NCBI GenBank assembly: GCA_964016885.1
Contig: OZ024740.1
Coordinates: 294,314,001-294,378,000, forward strand
Direction of reading: 5' to 3'
Length of the DNA: 64,000 nucleotides
From: Eledone cirrhosa
Lineage: Eukaryota
Shown piece by piece: positions 23,813 to 36,098 of this stretch. Under the pieces are notes generated by a model, which was given only the letters and a program-made list of their open reading frames with translations, did not search any database and had not been told where the DNA came from. The translations under genes were made by a program, and so were the position numbers. Positions within the stretch are counted from its first letter, which is position 1; each line of letters starts with the position of its first letter.

Positions 23813-24097
23813 ATGGCATTTATTTATTTATTTATATATTTAATAATTGTCTATTACCGGTTTCAGCATTTTTATGCATTATCAAATGATAGTGAAGTGT
23901 ATTAGTGTGGTGCCACACATGTTAAAGAGAAGGCGCAGAAAAACCTTGTTTGTAAAGAACATTATTCTTTCTGCACTTTCTCTTTAACATGTGTGACACC
24001 ACACTAATACACTTCACTATCATTTGATAATGCATATAAATGCTGAAACCGGTAATAGACAATTATGAAATATATAAATAGATAAATAAATGCCATT
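23813..24097. repeat. Long inverted repeat (~128-bp arms, ~29-bp spacer); each arm carries a degenerate hammerhead core (inverted Penelope pseudo-LTR)
   Basis: aatggcattt...gcagaa versus ttctgcac...aaatgccatt; right arm TTGATAA-T-GCAT-ataa-ATGC-T-GAAA-CCGG-TA. Confidence 0.85.
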
Positions 24098-25401
24098 CAT
24101 CATCATCATCACCGTTTTACGTCCGTTCTTCCACGCTAGCATGGGTTAGACGGGTTGTCCTGTTGTGGGCAGTGTCTGGTCGGCTGACCATGCCTTGCTC
24201 ATACAGGAACTGATCTGGCCTGATTTCTACAGCCGGATGCCCTTCCTAACACCAACCTCATTTACAGTGAGTGCTGGGTGCTTTTTCGTGGCACCTACAC
24301 GTCCACTTTACAGTGTGGGCCGGGTGCTTTTTTGCCGTGGCACCTCCACGACCACCTTGCAGTGGGGGATGTGGGGGCATATTGTCCATATGCTTCAGCT
24401 TGTACCCATGGGAGGTCAGGTACTCTGTATTACTGCGTGACGCCAGAAGTCACGGTCATGTGTCATTGTCTTTGAGAGGTGTAATTGGGTAAAGTCGGCT
24501 TTTATCACCTCATCCCAGGTCATCTTGGGTCTCCCCACTCCGCGGTTTCCATCAACTTCTAGTGCTCTGCACCTTTTTATGCAGCTGTCATCCTTCATAC
24601 GCATCACATGTCCATACCAGCGCAACCGCCTCTCCTGCACACAGCATTTGATTCCTCTTATGCTCAGTCTCTCTCTCAATTCATTTATGCTTTGTCGTTC
24701 ACGTATATTACTGTTACACATCCATCAGAGCATGCAGGCTTCGTTTCTCTCTAATCTCCGTAAGTCTTCCACCTTCAGTGCCCAGGTCTCACTACCATGC
24801 AACATCGCTGTTCAGATACACGCATCATACAGTCTGCCTTTCATTCTGAGGGAGAAGCCTTTTGCAGCTAGCAGTGGTAGTAGTTCCCTTAACTTCTTCC
24901 ATCCCATTCTTACCCTAGTTATTGTACTTTCTGAACACCCACCTCCGCTGCTAATTCGGTCACCTAGGTAGCAGAAGCTGTCTACTGTTTCTACAGGGCC
25001 CTCCCAGAGATTGGTGGTACTTGTTTCCTGTGGCTGTTTGCTGCTTGCTGTCTCAGCACAGCTGCTTCATGTGAATCCTACATTCTTAATTAAGCTTCCT
25101 GAGATCCCGCTACATCTCTTGTGTACCCATTGTTTGCATTTGGGGCAGAGAATGGAGTTCCTACCTACACCTTTCCTACATACTGAGCAAGGCCATTTCC
25201 CTGAGGGGATCTGGGTTCTGTTTTCGTCTACTTACAAGGACCTTAGTCTTTGTCATGTTGACTTTGAGACCCTTTCTTTCTATTCCCTGCTTCCAAGTTT
25301 GGAATTTATTCTCTAGTTCTACCATAGATTCAGCTATGAGTGCGAGGTCATCAGCATACAGGAGTTCCCATGGGCATCTGGTCTTAAACTCCCCCGTTAT
25401 T
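24098..25401 (-). mobile_element. RTE LINE copy 3, 5'-truncated, slightly more diverged
   Basis: Same family as copies 1 and 2, extends to the ELLYADD region; carries stops and frameshifts; (CAT)n tail at 24098. Confidence 0.92.
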
Positions 25402-25821
25402 GGTTTTCGCTTCTTGCTGTCTTTTATATCGGTAATCTAACTTACTCGGTCCTCAATGTTGTCATTGACTGACCAACGGTCAAAAATAATACAGATTCAA
25501 TATAGACACAAACACATATATATAGTTTATCAAAGTTCTTTCATTGCACATCTGCAACATCGTCAGTGGTGCTATTGTTTCCTCCCGTTACATTGTATTT
25601 TCTACGCCATCTTTATTTAGTCTGTTTATATATTTATTTATTTGTTTATTTTATTTTGTCTTCTTTGCGCATGCGTTTGCGTGTGTGTATAGTGTTTTGT
25701 TTGATGTGTGTTCGTGATTGGGTGACTGTGTATTGGTTAATGTATTCTATCTTTACTAGTGTGTGTTTATATGTTTGTTGTTATTGTGCTTGTGTATGTA
25801 TTTATTTATTTATTTATCTAT

Positions 25822-25852
<31 letters not shown>

Positions 25853-26745
25853 TACTTCTCTTAGGTCAGTGTTGTTTGTGTGGGTGTTGTTGTTATTCCA
25901 CTCATTCTTTCTGTTTAGCCTTGGCCTTCTAAGTTCTATTTCACTGGCCTCTCTGATTTGCCTATCTGCTGGGTCATTTCTATGTTTAGATATTATTCTA
26001 ATTTCTATGTTGTCTATGTTACCGTCGTGTTGTTGTCTGGCATGTTCGTATAGTACTGACCCGTTTTTTCGTCCTTTTAGTTCCCCCCAGTGTTGGTCTA
26101 TCCTTTCTCCCATGCTACGGGCTGTCTCGCCTATGTATGTTGTTGTCATGTTTCTGCAAGTACCCTCTGTACATCTTATGCTATAGACTACGTTTCTAGT
26201 TTTACAGTTTATCCGGGGGTTTACCTTACATATGATACATTTCCTATTAGAACAGTGGGTTTTCTTAAAAGGGTAGGTTTTGCTGATCAGGGATTTTATG
26301 GTGGTTCCTGGCTTTTCTACCACCTTAATCTTTAAGTGGGTCTTTCTCAGGGCCTTTCTACACTGGTTAGCTAATTTCCCTCCAGGGGTAGCGTCCACAA
26401 ACATAACACTCTGGTATCTCTGGTTGTCGTACCATGAGGTGGCTTTCCCTATCTTATGTCTAGCCCTCTCTAAGCTATTCCATGATTTGCTCCTGTATAA
26501 TGGGCAAATTCCTTTCATGTTAATGGATGGGTACAGTGATACCACATCCATGCTGCCTATTATGCAGTTGGATAGGTTCCTGTTTTTGTTGCACTCACTG
26601 ATTCTGCTGAGGAGGTCCTCTGTACTGTCACATACATCTGGGGACATCTTGATTATGGGGCGTATAACCATTGAGAGGAAGTAGGAGTTCCTGTAGTTGC
26701 TAGCTATATTTGCTCCGCATACGGGTCTTGCTGGTGGTCCTGTTT
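25402..26745 (-). mobile_element. Penelope-like element (RT remnant + GIY-YIG endonuclease), internally deleted; ORF 25850-26671
   Basis: IGSMDVVSLYPSI (RT motif A); CSNRKCIIC linker; VVYSIRC...YIGETARS..ER..QH...REA.EI....PRLN (GIY-YIG); hammerhead in 3' UTR. Confidence 0.88.
25529..25570 (-). ncRNA. Minimal hammerhead ribozyme motif in Penelope 3' UTR
   Basis: CTGACGA-T-GTTGCA-gatg-TGCAAT-GAAA-GAAC-TT; stem II intact, stem I weak. Confidence 0.7.
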
Positions 26746-26817
26746 TTTAAAAGATATTTTTTGAAAGCAAAGCATTGGCCCTTAAAATACTACAGTCCAA
26801 TACTGTATAGAACATAG

Positions 26818-27003
26818 AATAATTGTTTCTACTTATGGCACAAGGCGAGCAATTACCCAGTACATTACTGGTACTTTATCTTATCGACCCCGTAAGGATA
26901 AAAGGTAAATTTAACCTCGGCGGGATTTGAACTCAGTCCGTAAAGAGACGTAACTGTGCTGTAAAGCATGGCGTCCGCCCCTCTCCCGATACTGCCAATC
27001 CAC
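26818..27003 (-). mobile_element. Family A SINE inserted into a CR1-like 3' fragment
   Basis: Family A sequence; acatagaataat flanks both sides (26812 and 27002), consistent with a target-site duplication; flanks match the CR1-like tail at 52200-52400. Confidence 0.75.
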
Positions 27004-27402
27004 ATAGAATAATGTACAAAAGTCAGGAAAGTGAACAATGTATGAGTCATGATATACACATACACATACCCCCCACGTGTATGGGGGGGGGGGTATAGAG
27101 GGAGAATATCAGGTGTAGTGTTGGTGAATTTCGAATTTGGGGGGAAGTATGGAAATTTTGAAGTTATCAGAGATATGAAAATAAAAAAGGAAGAAGTAAA
27201 GGAGAACGAGAGACAAGATAAATGAGGGACAAGATTAAATATAGGAAACCTGAGGAGGGTGGAATTATTGAGAACTATAAAAACATGAGCAGAGGAAAGA
27301 AAGAAGGAAACAATTAAGGATGTAGAATGGACAAGTTGAAAATTGGAATCCTAGAGTAGGCCATTTATAAGTAAAGAAGACAATATACAATCTTAAATTA
27401 CT

Positions 27403-27755
27403 TGTGTGTGTGTGTATGTATGTGTATGTGTGTGTATATGTGTGTGTATGGTGCATGCATATGTGTGTGTATGTATGTTTGCACGCATGTAGGTGTGTGC
27501 ATGTGTTTGTGTGTGTGTGTGCATGAGTGTATGAGTGTGCATGTTTGTGTGTGTGTGTGTGTGCGTGTGTTGATTTTGTGTACATATGTTTGTGTTTGCA
27601 CATGGATATGCACATGTGTGCATGAGTGTATGTGTGTGCATATCTGTGTGTGTGTGTGTGTGTGTGTGTGTTTGTGTATGCATGAATGTGTGCATATGTC
27701 TGTATGATTATATATATAAGCATGCACATGTAAGCATCCACATGTGTGTGTGTGT
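27403..27755. repeat. Degenerate (TG/TA/CA)n microsatellite
   Basis: Alternating purine-pyrimidine tract. Confidence 0.9.
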
Positions 27756-27799
27756 AACTATATAACAAATTACAAATCTATTTGATATAATAACAGAAT

Positions 27800-28217
27800 G
27801 AAAGCGCATGGCTTAGTGGTTAGAGTATTGGGCTTGCAATCGAAAGATTGTGAGTTCAATTCTCGGACCGGGTGATGTGTTGTTTCACATTGCTCCAGTT
27901 TACTCAGCTGTAGAAATGAGATGATAGGACTGGGGTCCCTATCATTCCACTGCAAAGTGGTCATGGAGGTGCCACGGCAAAAAAGCACCCAGCCCACACT
28001 GGAAAGTGGACATGTAGGCGCCACAGAAAAAAAGCACCCCTCACTCACTGTAAATGAGGTTGGTGTTAGGAAGGGCATCCAGCTGTAGAAATCTAGCCAG
28101 AATCAGTTCCCATATGAGCAAGACAAGGTCAGCCGACCGGACACTGCCCACAACCCGTCTAACCCATGCTAGCGTGGAAGAACGGACGTAAAACGGTGAT
28201 GATGATGATGATGATGA
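27800..28217 (+). mobile_element. Family B SINE with extended RTE 3' UTR tail
   Basis: tRNA-like head; 3' half is the reverse complement of the RTE 3' UTR at 20311-20570. Confidence 0.85.
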
Positions 28218-28514
28218 ACAAAAGCTAAAAAATCTGTATTTTTTATAGACTTCTATCACTGACCTACCATTAAGCTGAGCAACCAATTTCAAGGGTTCTG
28301 GTTAATCATATCAACCCCAGTTCTTATTTCATTTTTTGAACTTATTCAATAACAGCAATAGCGCTGAATGTATTTAATTTGGGGGTCTAGGATTACTGGA
28401 TATATGAACAATCATACAAACAGTGGAATTTACGTTTTGATAAATCAATTGTTTGCATAAGAGAAACCCCACAGTTAATGTTGATTACTGATGTGTGGAA
28501 GTGATTAAAGATGA

Positions 28515-28811
28515 TCATCATCATCATCATTTTATATCTGCTTTTCCCTGCTTGCAAGGGTGGGACAGGAACTGATTCTGGCTAAATTTCTACAGCTGGA
28601 TGCCCTTCCTAACACCAACCTCATTTACAGTGAGTGCTGGGTGCTTTTTTTCCGCGGCGCCTTCACGACCACTTTCTACAGCTGAGTAAACTGAAGCAAT
28701 GTGAAATAAAGTGTCTTGCTCAAGGAAACAACACATCACCTGGTCTGAGAATTGAACTCACAACCTTTCGATTGCAAGGCCAATGCTCTAACCACTAAGC
28801 CATGTGCCTCC
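28515..28811 (-). mobile_element. Family B SINE
   Basis: Reverse complement of the 217-553 sequence with an internal deletion. Confidence 0.85.
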
Positions 28812-29199
28812 ATGATATTTTAATAATTCATTTCCAGGATATAATTGCATAAATGCTCAGGATGCTTGTACAAATGACTTGCAGGATTAAATGTATGTGT
28901 AACTTTGGAGACAATTATTTATAGGGACAAATGTAGGGTTAAAAACCAGGACCATGTCATTGGAAAGTTAACTTCGTATTGTAGCAACATGACAGAGATA
29001 AGAAATACATGGTGTGTATTTTAAAAAATTATATGTATATATATGTATATATATATATATATATAAAACTATACAATCAGGCATAGGGTGTTATTTTGGT
29101 TGATAATCACTAGTTTGTTTTTGGCATAAAGGGATTTAATTCTACCCACCTAGGTCTTTGACATCTAAGCTTCTGACAGTGTAACTTCATCTGATAGTC

Positions 29200-30072
29200 C
29201 TTAAGAAAATTAGGTGTAGAAGAATGGCTTATGGGAGCAAGTCATGAAGAGAGGAGCTGTCAGTAAAGGTGAGAGTGGGTAGTGAGTTTAGTGAGGAAGT
29301 GGCCCTGCTCAATATGTAGAAAAGGAGTCAAGATAAACTCTATACAATGTACACAATGTCAATCCTGGAAACACAAGAGATGTAGTGGGATAACAGGTAG
29401 ATTAGCAGGAAAGCAAGACTTTGTATTTAAAAGATGCACAGGGGATTTATGGGAAGAGTGTCAGTGATATAAACCTTTTCCAATCACATGAAGGATCCAC
29501 AGAAGTGGTTGATAGCTTCTGTTATCTAGGTGACCTAATTAGCAGTGGAAGAGGGTGCTCCGAGAACATAATGGCTAGAATAAGGATAGGATGACTAGAT
29601 TAAAAGGATGACTGTATGATACCTGTGTGTGAGGTGTGATGCTGCCTGGTAGTGAAACATGGGCAGTGACTGGAGAGGACCTGCATAGACTGGAGAGAAA
29701 TGAAGCAACCATGCTTCATTGGATGTGCAATGTAAATGTGAGAGAAAGGCAGAGCTTGGATGAATTGAAGGAGAAATTGGGTTTAAGAGGAATCCGAAGT
29801 GGTGTACAAGAGAGAAGTCTGCATTAGTATGGGCATGTGATGTGCATGGATGATGATTGCTGGGTGAGGAAGTGCCAGGAAATGCTAGTAGAAGGAAGCC
29901 AGAGTAAAGGTAGCCAAAGGAAGACTTGGGGAGAGGTGAAGAGTGTTGACCTCACATTGCTGAAACTCACATAAAAGATGACAAAGGAACGTGATGAGTG
30001 AAGAGATGCCATGCTGAGAAGGACCCATCCAACCTATGCAAGCATGGAAAAACAGACATAAAAATGATGTAT
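29200..30072 (+). mobile_element. Degraded RTE LINE
   Basis: KWPCSICRKG, GSETWAV, RLERNEATML with many stops. Confidence 0.8.
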
Positions 30073-30550
30073 AATGTGTGTATATATATATATACATATA
30101 CACATGTATATATATAAGCCTGGAGAAAATGGAGGAATGGAGGAGACAGAAAGCAATACCAGATAGCTAGAAGGGGGTTGGGGGGGTCAGTATATTTAAC
30201 AAAGGAAGAGGCACATGTTCTGCTTCATGGAAATCAGAGATATGAATTGTTCAAGATCATGAGACAGTATGCTAGAGAAAATCATGATGTGGCTGGAGGA
30301 AAAGTGTGTCCGAAATGATAGTGGAGCACTTGCACTGTATGACACAGAAAAGAAGGAGACATGGAAGACATACTATGAGCCGCTGCTGAATGAGGAAAAT
30401 AAATGGAACAATGACCCAATGCTGACCCCACTGAGCCATAAAAGTTAACAGCAGTATGATAGATAAAGCAATTAAGGAGATGGAGGCAGAGAAAGCAGCT
30501 GGACCATCTGGTATAGTTGGTGAGATACCAAAATCATCTGGCATGACAGG

Positions 30551-32222
30551 AGAAGTACCTAGCTAAAAGTAAACCCCTATACTTAGCTTTTGTTGACTTG
30601 GAGAATAGCCTTTGACAGAGTCCCCCACTCCATTATCTGGTGGGCGCTTAGAAAACTAGGTGTTGATGAATGGCTTGTGACAGCTATACAAGCCATGTAT
30701 AAAGAAAGAGTCAGCAAGGTTAGAATTAACAACAAATATAGTGAAGAATTTAGAGTAAAACTTGGTGTTCATCAGGGCTCCGTCCTTAGCCCCCTACTAT
30801 TTATTATTGCTCTTCAGGCTATAACAGAGGAGTTTAAGACCGGCTGCCCATGGGAACTTCTATACGCAGATGATCTAACTCTCATAGCTGAATCGATGGC
30901 TGAACTAGAGAAGAAATTCCAAACATGGAAGCATGGCCTAGAATCAAAAGGCCTTAAAGTTAACTTGTCTAAAACTAAAGTTCTAGTATGTAGAAAAGAA
31001 AATAGGGTACAGGTACCCTCTGGCAAATGGCCATGCTCAGTGAATAGGAAAGGAGTAGGCAGAAATTCCATATTATGTCCCAAAGGCAAACTATGGGTAC
31101 ATAAAAGATGTAGTGGGATCACAGGTAAGCTATCTAAGAACGTAGATTTTATATGTCGCCAATGCTCAGGTGCAATAAGTAGCAAGTGTCCACAGGATAC
31201 TAGCACCTTCTATTGCCCAGATGGTTCTATAGAAATAGTGGACACCTTCCGTTTCCTGGGTGACAAAATCAGCAGTGGTGAAGGGTGCTCTGAAAGTACA
31301 GTAGCCAGAGTCAGAACGGGATGGAAAAAGTTCAGAGAGCTTATACCACTGTTGGCCACTAAAGGTTTCTCTCTAAAAATGAAAGGCAGATTGTATGATG
31401 TCTGTATACGAACAGCAATGTTACATTGCAGTGAGACATGGGCTTTGTGTGCAGAGGATCTGCACAGACTGGAGAGGAACGAAGCTTGCATGCTCCGTTG
31501 GATGTGTAATAGTAATATACGTGAACGGCAAAGCATAAATGAACTAAGTGAGAAATTAGGAATAAGAGGGATCAGATGCTGTTTACCCAAAAGAAGACTA
31601 CGTTGGTATGGTCACGTGATGCGCATGAAAGACGATAGTTGTATAAAAAAGTGCAGGGCGATCAAAATTGATGGAAGTTACGGAGTAGGTAACCCAGAAA
31701 AACCTGGGAAAATTTGATAAATTCCTACCTCACACACTTACACCTCTCTAAGACAATGTCACTGGACCGAGAGCTTTGGCGCTACGCAGTAATACAGAAG
31801 ACCCGCCTTGCCTATGTACAAAGCGAAACCTACAGTCAGTAGGCACCTCTTAACCAAAAATACACCCCCATCCTACTACCCCTACTCCCACCCCCACCCC
31901 ATCAACACCACCCCTTTCTCTGTAAAGTTATGTTGGTACCACAACATTCAGGCCAAAATAAATGAGGTTGTGTAGGTGTCACGACAAAAAAACACACAGT
32001 CCACACTGTAATGTGGCTGTGTAGGTAACACGGTAAAAACCTCCCAGTCCACACTGTAAACGTGGTTGGTGTTAGGAAGGGCATCCAGCCGTAGAAAACC
32101 TGTCAGACAACCCTATACGAGCGAGACATGGTCACTCGACCAATCTTGCCTCAAGTAGGACAATTCCCGTCTAAACCCATGCTAGCGTGGAAGATAGACG
32201 TTAAATGTTGATGATGATGATG
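30551..32222 (+). mobile_element. Young RTE LINE, 5'-truncated; ORF 30590-31717
   Basis: [37 protein letters not shown]; (GAT)n tail. Confidence 0.92.
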
Positions 32223-33470
32223 GTAGGTTACTAGCTAGTTAGACACATAGTTAATTAAATAGTACAAGATGGTGTTATACCCAATGACTGGTGCAGCAAT
32301 GTCAACTACAGAGGCAACAAGTTGATGGCCCAGTTGATGGAAGTGTTGAAAGGTTTATAGCACAACTAATTAGGAATAGAACCAAGTTAGATGAGATGCA
32401 GTCTGGATTTATGCCAGATAAGGGTACTACCAATGCCCTCTTTCTGGTCAGACAACTATAGGAGAGGTACTTAGCTAAAAGTAAACCATTGTATCTAACA
32501 TTTGTAGATCTGGAGAAAGCCTTTCACAGGGTCCCATGCTCTATAATCTGATGGAAACTAGGTGTTGACAAATGACTTGTGAGACTTGTGCAGGTCATGT
32601 ATAGAACAGTAACCAGCAGAGAGAGAGTTGACAATGAGTACAATGATGTATTTGAAGTGCAGGTGGGGGTTGACCAGTGATCACTCCTCAGGCCACTTCT
32701 GTTTATCATTGACTATCAGGCCATCACTGAGGAGTTTAAAACTGGCACTCCATGTGAGATCCTTTATGCTGACGACCTAGTCCATATAGTTGAATCTATA
32801 CGAGAGTTAGAAGCAAAATTTCAAACATAGAAGAACTTAGAGTTGAAAGGCCTAAAAGTAAACTTAGCAAAGATGAAAGTTTTAATAAGTAGGAAAGTGG
32901 CCTTATTTGATATGTCAGAAAGAAGTGGGCAGAAATTCCATAATGTACACACAATGTAAATTATGGGCACACAAGAGATGTAGAGGGATTGCAGGTAGGA
33001 AAAGATAGACTTTATATGCAGCAGATGCATAGGGGAAGTGAGCACAAAGATCACACATGAAATAGATTTCCTCAGCTGCCAGAGGGGCTCTATAGAAGTT
33101 GTTGACAGTTTTTACTATCTAGGTAATAAGATTTGTAGTGGGAGAGGATATACTGAAAATGTGATAGCTAGGATAGGATAAGAACAGGCTGAAAGAAGTT
33201 TAGAGATCTATTACCACTGCTAACAACAAAATGCTTTTCTCTCAGAGTGAAGGGTAGACTGTATGATGTCTGTGTGTGAACTGCAATGCTACATAGCAGT
33301 GAAACATGGGCCTTGACTGTAGAAGACCTGTGAAATTAGACAGAAATAAGTTGAGTATGCTCCGATGGATGTGAAATATTAGTGTGTGTGAGTGACATAG
33401 CATAAGCAAACTGAGGGCAAAACTTAGCATAAGAGGAATTGGATGTAGTGTATTGGTATGGACATGTGAT

Positions 33471-34290
33471 AGGCAGGCTGTATGATGCCTGCATACAAAC
33501 AGCAATGTTACATGGCAGTGGGACTTGGGCATTGTGTGCAGAGGATATATGCAGACTGGAGAGAAACGAAGCTTGCATGCTCTGTTGGATGTGTAATAGT
33601 AATATACGTGAACGGCAAAGCATAAATGAACTAAGTGAGAAATTAGGAATAAGAGGGATCAGATGTTGTTTACTCGAGAGAAGACTACGTTGGTATGGTC
33701 ACGTGATGCGCATGAAAGACGACAGCTGTATAAAAAAAGTGTAGGGCAATAAAAATAGACGGTAGCTATGGAGTAGGTAGACCCAGAAAAACCTGGGATG
33801 ACTTGATAAATTCAAACCTCACACACTTACACCTCTCCAAGACAATGTCACTGGACCAAGATATTTGGTGCTACACAGTAATACAGAAGACCCGCCTTGC
33901 CTAAGTACAAAGCGAAACCTACAGTCAGTAGGCACCTCTTAACAAAAATACACCCCCGTCCCACCTCCCCCACCCCATCCACACCGCCCCTTTCAATGTA
34001 AAGTTATGTTGGTACCACAACATCCTGTCCGAAATAAATGAGGTCGTGTAGGTGTCACGACAAAAAAACACACAGTCCACGCTGTAATGTGGCCATGTAG
34101 GTAACACGGTAAAAACCTACCAGTTCCACACTGTAAATGTGGTTGGCGTTAGGAAGGGCACCCAGCCGTAGAAAACCCGCCAGACAGTCCTATACGAGCA
34201 AGACAACCAATCTTGCTTCAAGTGGGAAAATTCCCGTCCAAACCCATGCAAGCGTGGAAGATGAACGTTAAACGATGATGATGATGATGA
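33471..34290 (+). mobile_element. Young RTE LINE 3' fragment with atgtgat target-site duplication
   Basis: GRLYDACI...RRLRWYGHV; atgtgat at 33464-70 and 34290-96. Confidence 0.88.
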
Positions 34291-35114
34291 TGTGATGCAC
34301 ATGGAAGATAACAGTTGCATAAAGAAATGCAGAAAACCCCCATTGGCGGGGACCAGTGGAAGAGGCAGACCCAGAAAGACATGGAATGAGGTTGTGAAGA
34401 CTGATATATAGTTTAGGGATTGTAACATCAAGTTACTGTTGGTTCACCAAGTGAGCCCTGTAGTTCGTTGGAGGGGTAGGTGGTGGGGTGGTAGAAATAA
34501 CAACACAATCGGTACAGTATATGGAAGGGATATATTACGTTGTACATATGTGTGTGAATGTATTTGAATTAGAAACCAGAAAGGTTTCATTTGTTTTCTC
34601 ATGACACCCACTGAAAAGAAAAGAAAAGGGAGAAGCCTCTAACGCCAGTGTCAGTCAGTGGACTGTGATAAAATAAATATGTTTACACCAAGTAAACATC
34701 GATTTTTGTTGTTGTTGTTGTTGTTGTTGCAGCAGCAGCAGTAGCAGTAGTAGTAGTAGTAGTAGTAGTAGTAGACAAACAGGATTGACCATTCAAGTGA
34801 AGTCTGTTGTTCAGAACTAGTCATTCCTCAGTGGGTAGCTTTATGGGGTCATATGACACTATGGCATTCAATGGCATGGCTCTGTTGAAAAGGGATCTCT
34901 GATCAAAAAGGCTGACTGTACACAGACACAACACTTACACTCACACACATACACACATGCACACATATACACACATGCACACATATACACACACATGCAC
35001 ACACACACACACACTCACACACACATACACACACATACACACATATGCACACACACACACTCCTCTATATGAGTCATTGCCATTGTTATGAATGGAAGAA
35101 ATTGTTTATAGCTT

Positions 35115-35845
35115 TTTCTTCTTCTTCACCCACTTATTCCTCAGAGGGTTGTGGGGGCAGAGTCCTCAAACACTCCTTCCAGCAGGTCCTGTCAGGAGCA
35201 ACTGTCTCCAACTGATCTATCTGGATCCCCAAGCGAGACCAGCCAAGCTCATGGATGTTATCCAACCATCTTACTCAGGGTTTACCCCTAGGTGTCCTGC
35301 TGGTTGGTTTTGCCTATAAAATCTATCCAATGATTCTTTCCTGAGACATTCTAACAACATGCCTATAGTATCAGAGCTGTGATCTCTCAATTTGAAGAAG
35401 TAGCAGCTCTACCTGGAGTGACTCTCTGAACTCTGAGTTGCCCACTCTATCGACCCTTCAGATGAACCTTATTTTGGCCGCTTGTATTTGCGATCATATT
35501 CTGTTGGTCATTCATGACCATAGGTAAGAGTTGGCACAAATACCGAATTGAAGATAGTGAGTTTGGTTTTTACACCTAACTCCCTTGATTACTGAATATT
35601 GAAGTTGGCAAATTACTGCACCAGCTCCTGCAATTCTTGCACTTAATTCAGTCTCCTGCCTTCCATCTCACATGAACACAGCCCCGAGATACTTGATCTT
35701 CTCTACCTGCTTCAGTGAAACTCCATTCACGTGTAGAATGCAGTGTGCAGGCTTCTTGAGAAGATGAGTGTCTCAGTTTTCGCAGCACTGATTTTTATTC
35801 CAGCAATGCAGCACTCGGCATCAAACCTATCAAGTGCAAGTCAGA
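35115..35845 (-). mobile_element. Degraded LINE of a second RTE family
   Basis: Minus strand: AGIKISAAKTE, LKQVEKIKYLG, ARIAGA; (GAA)n tail. Confidence 0.7.
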
Positions 35846-35993
35846 GATTAAAATAAATTGTATTTTTATAGAAAGACACTCCCATAGATTTATGTGCTGT
35901 CAATTAAACTTACCTCCTAATATGGTGCTAAAGACTTATTTCCCTGAAGATGGAAAGGGGGGTGAGGGTGACTTTTCACCCTTCTCTCTGGGA

Positions 35994-36098
35994 GTTAGGT
36001 TTTAGGGTTGGGGTTGGGATTGGGGCTATGGTTGGGTTTAAGCTTAGGCTTAAGTTTAAGGTTAAGATTTGGATTAGGATTTGGATTAGGGTTAGGGT
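35994..36098 (+). repeat. Degenerate TTAGGG-like hexamer array
   Basis: ttaggg, ttgggg, ttggga, ttaggc, ttaagg, ttagga...ttagggttaggg in 6-bp register. Confidence 0.75.

Larger units (their letters stand above)
30115..34420 (+). mobile_element. Old RTE LINE (30115-30550, 32223-33470, 34297-34420) interrupted by two younger RTE insertions
   Basis: Collinear RT translation resumes after each insert (KAAGPSG / DGVIPNDW; WYGHV / MEDNSCIKKC). Confidence 0.75.

Noticed and set aside
27265-27768. His/Thr- and Cys/Val-rich ORFs (also near 38200, 48013 and 59300)
   Set aside because: Translations of (CA/TG/TA)n microsatellites
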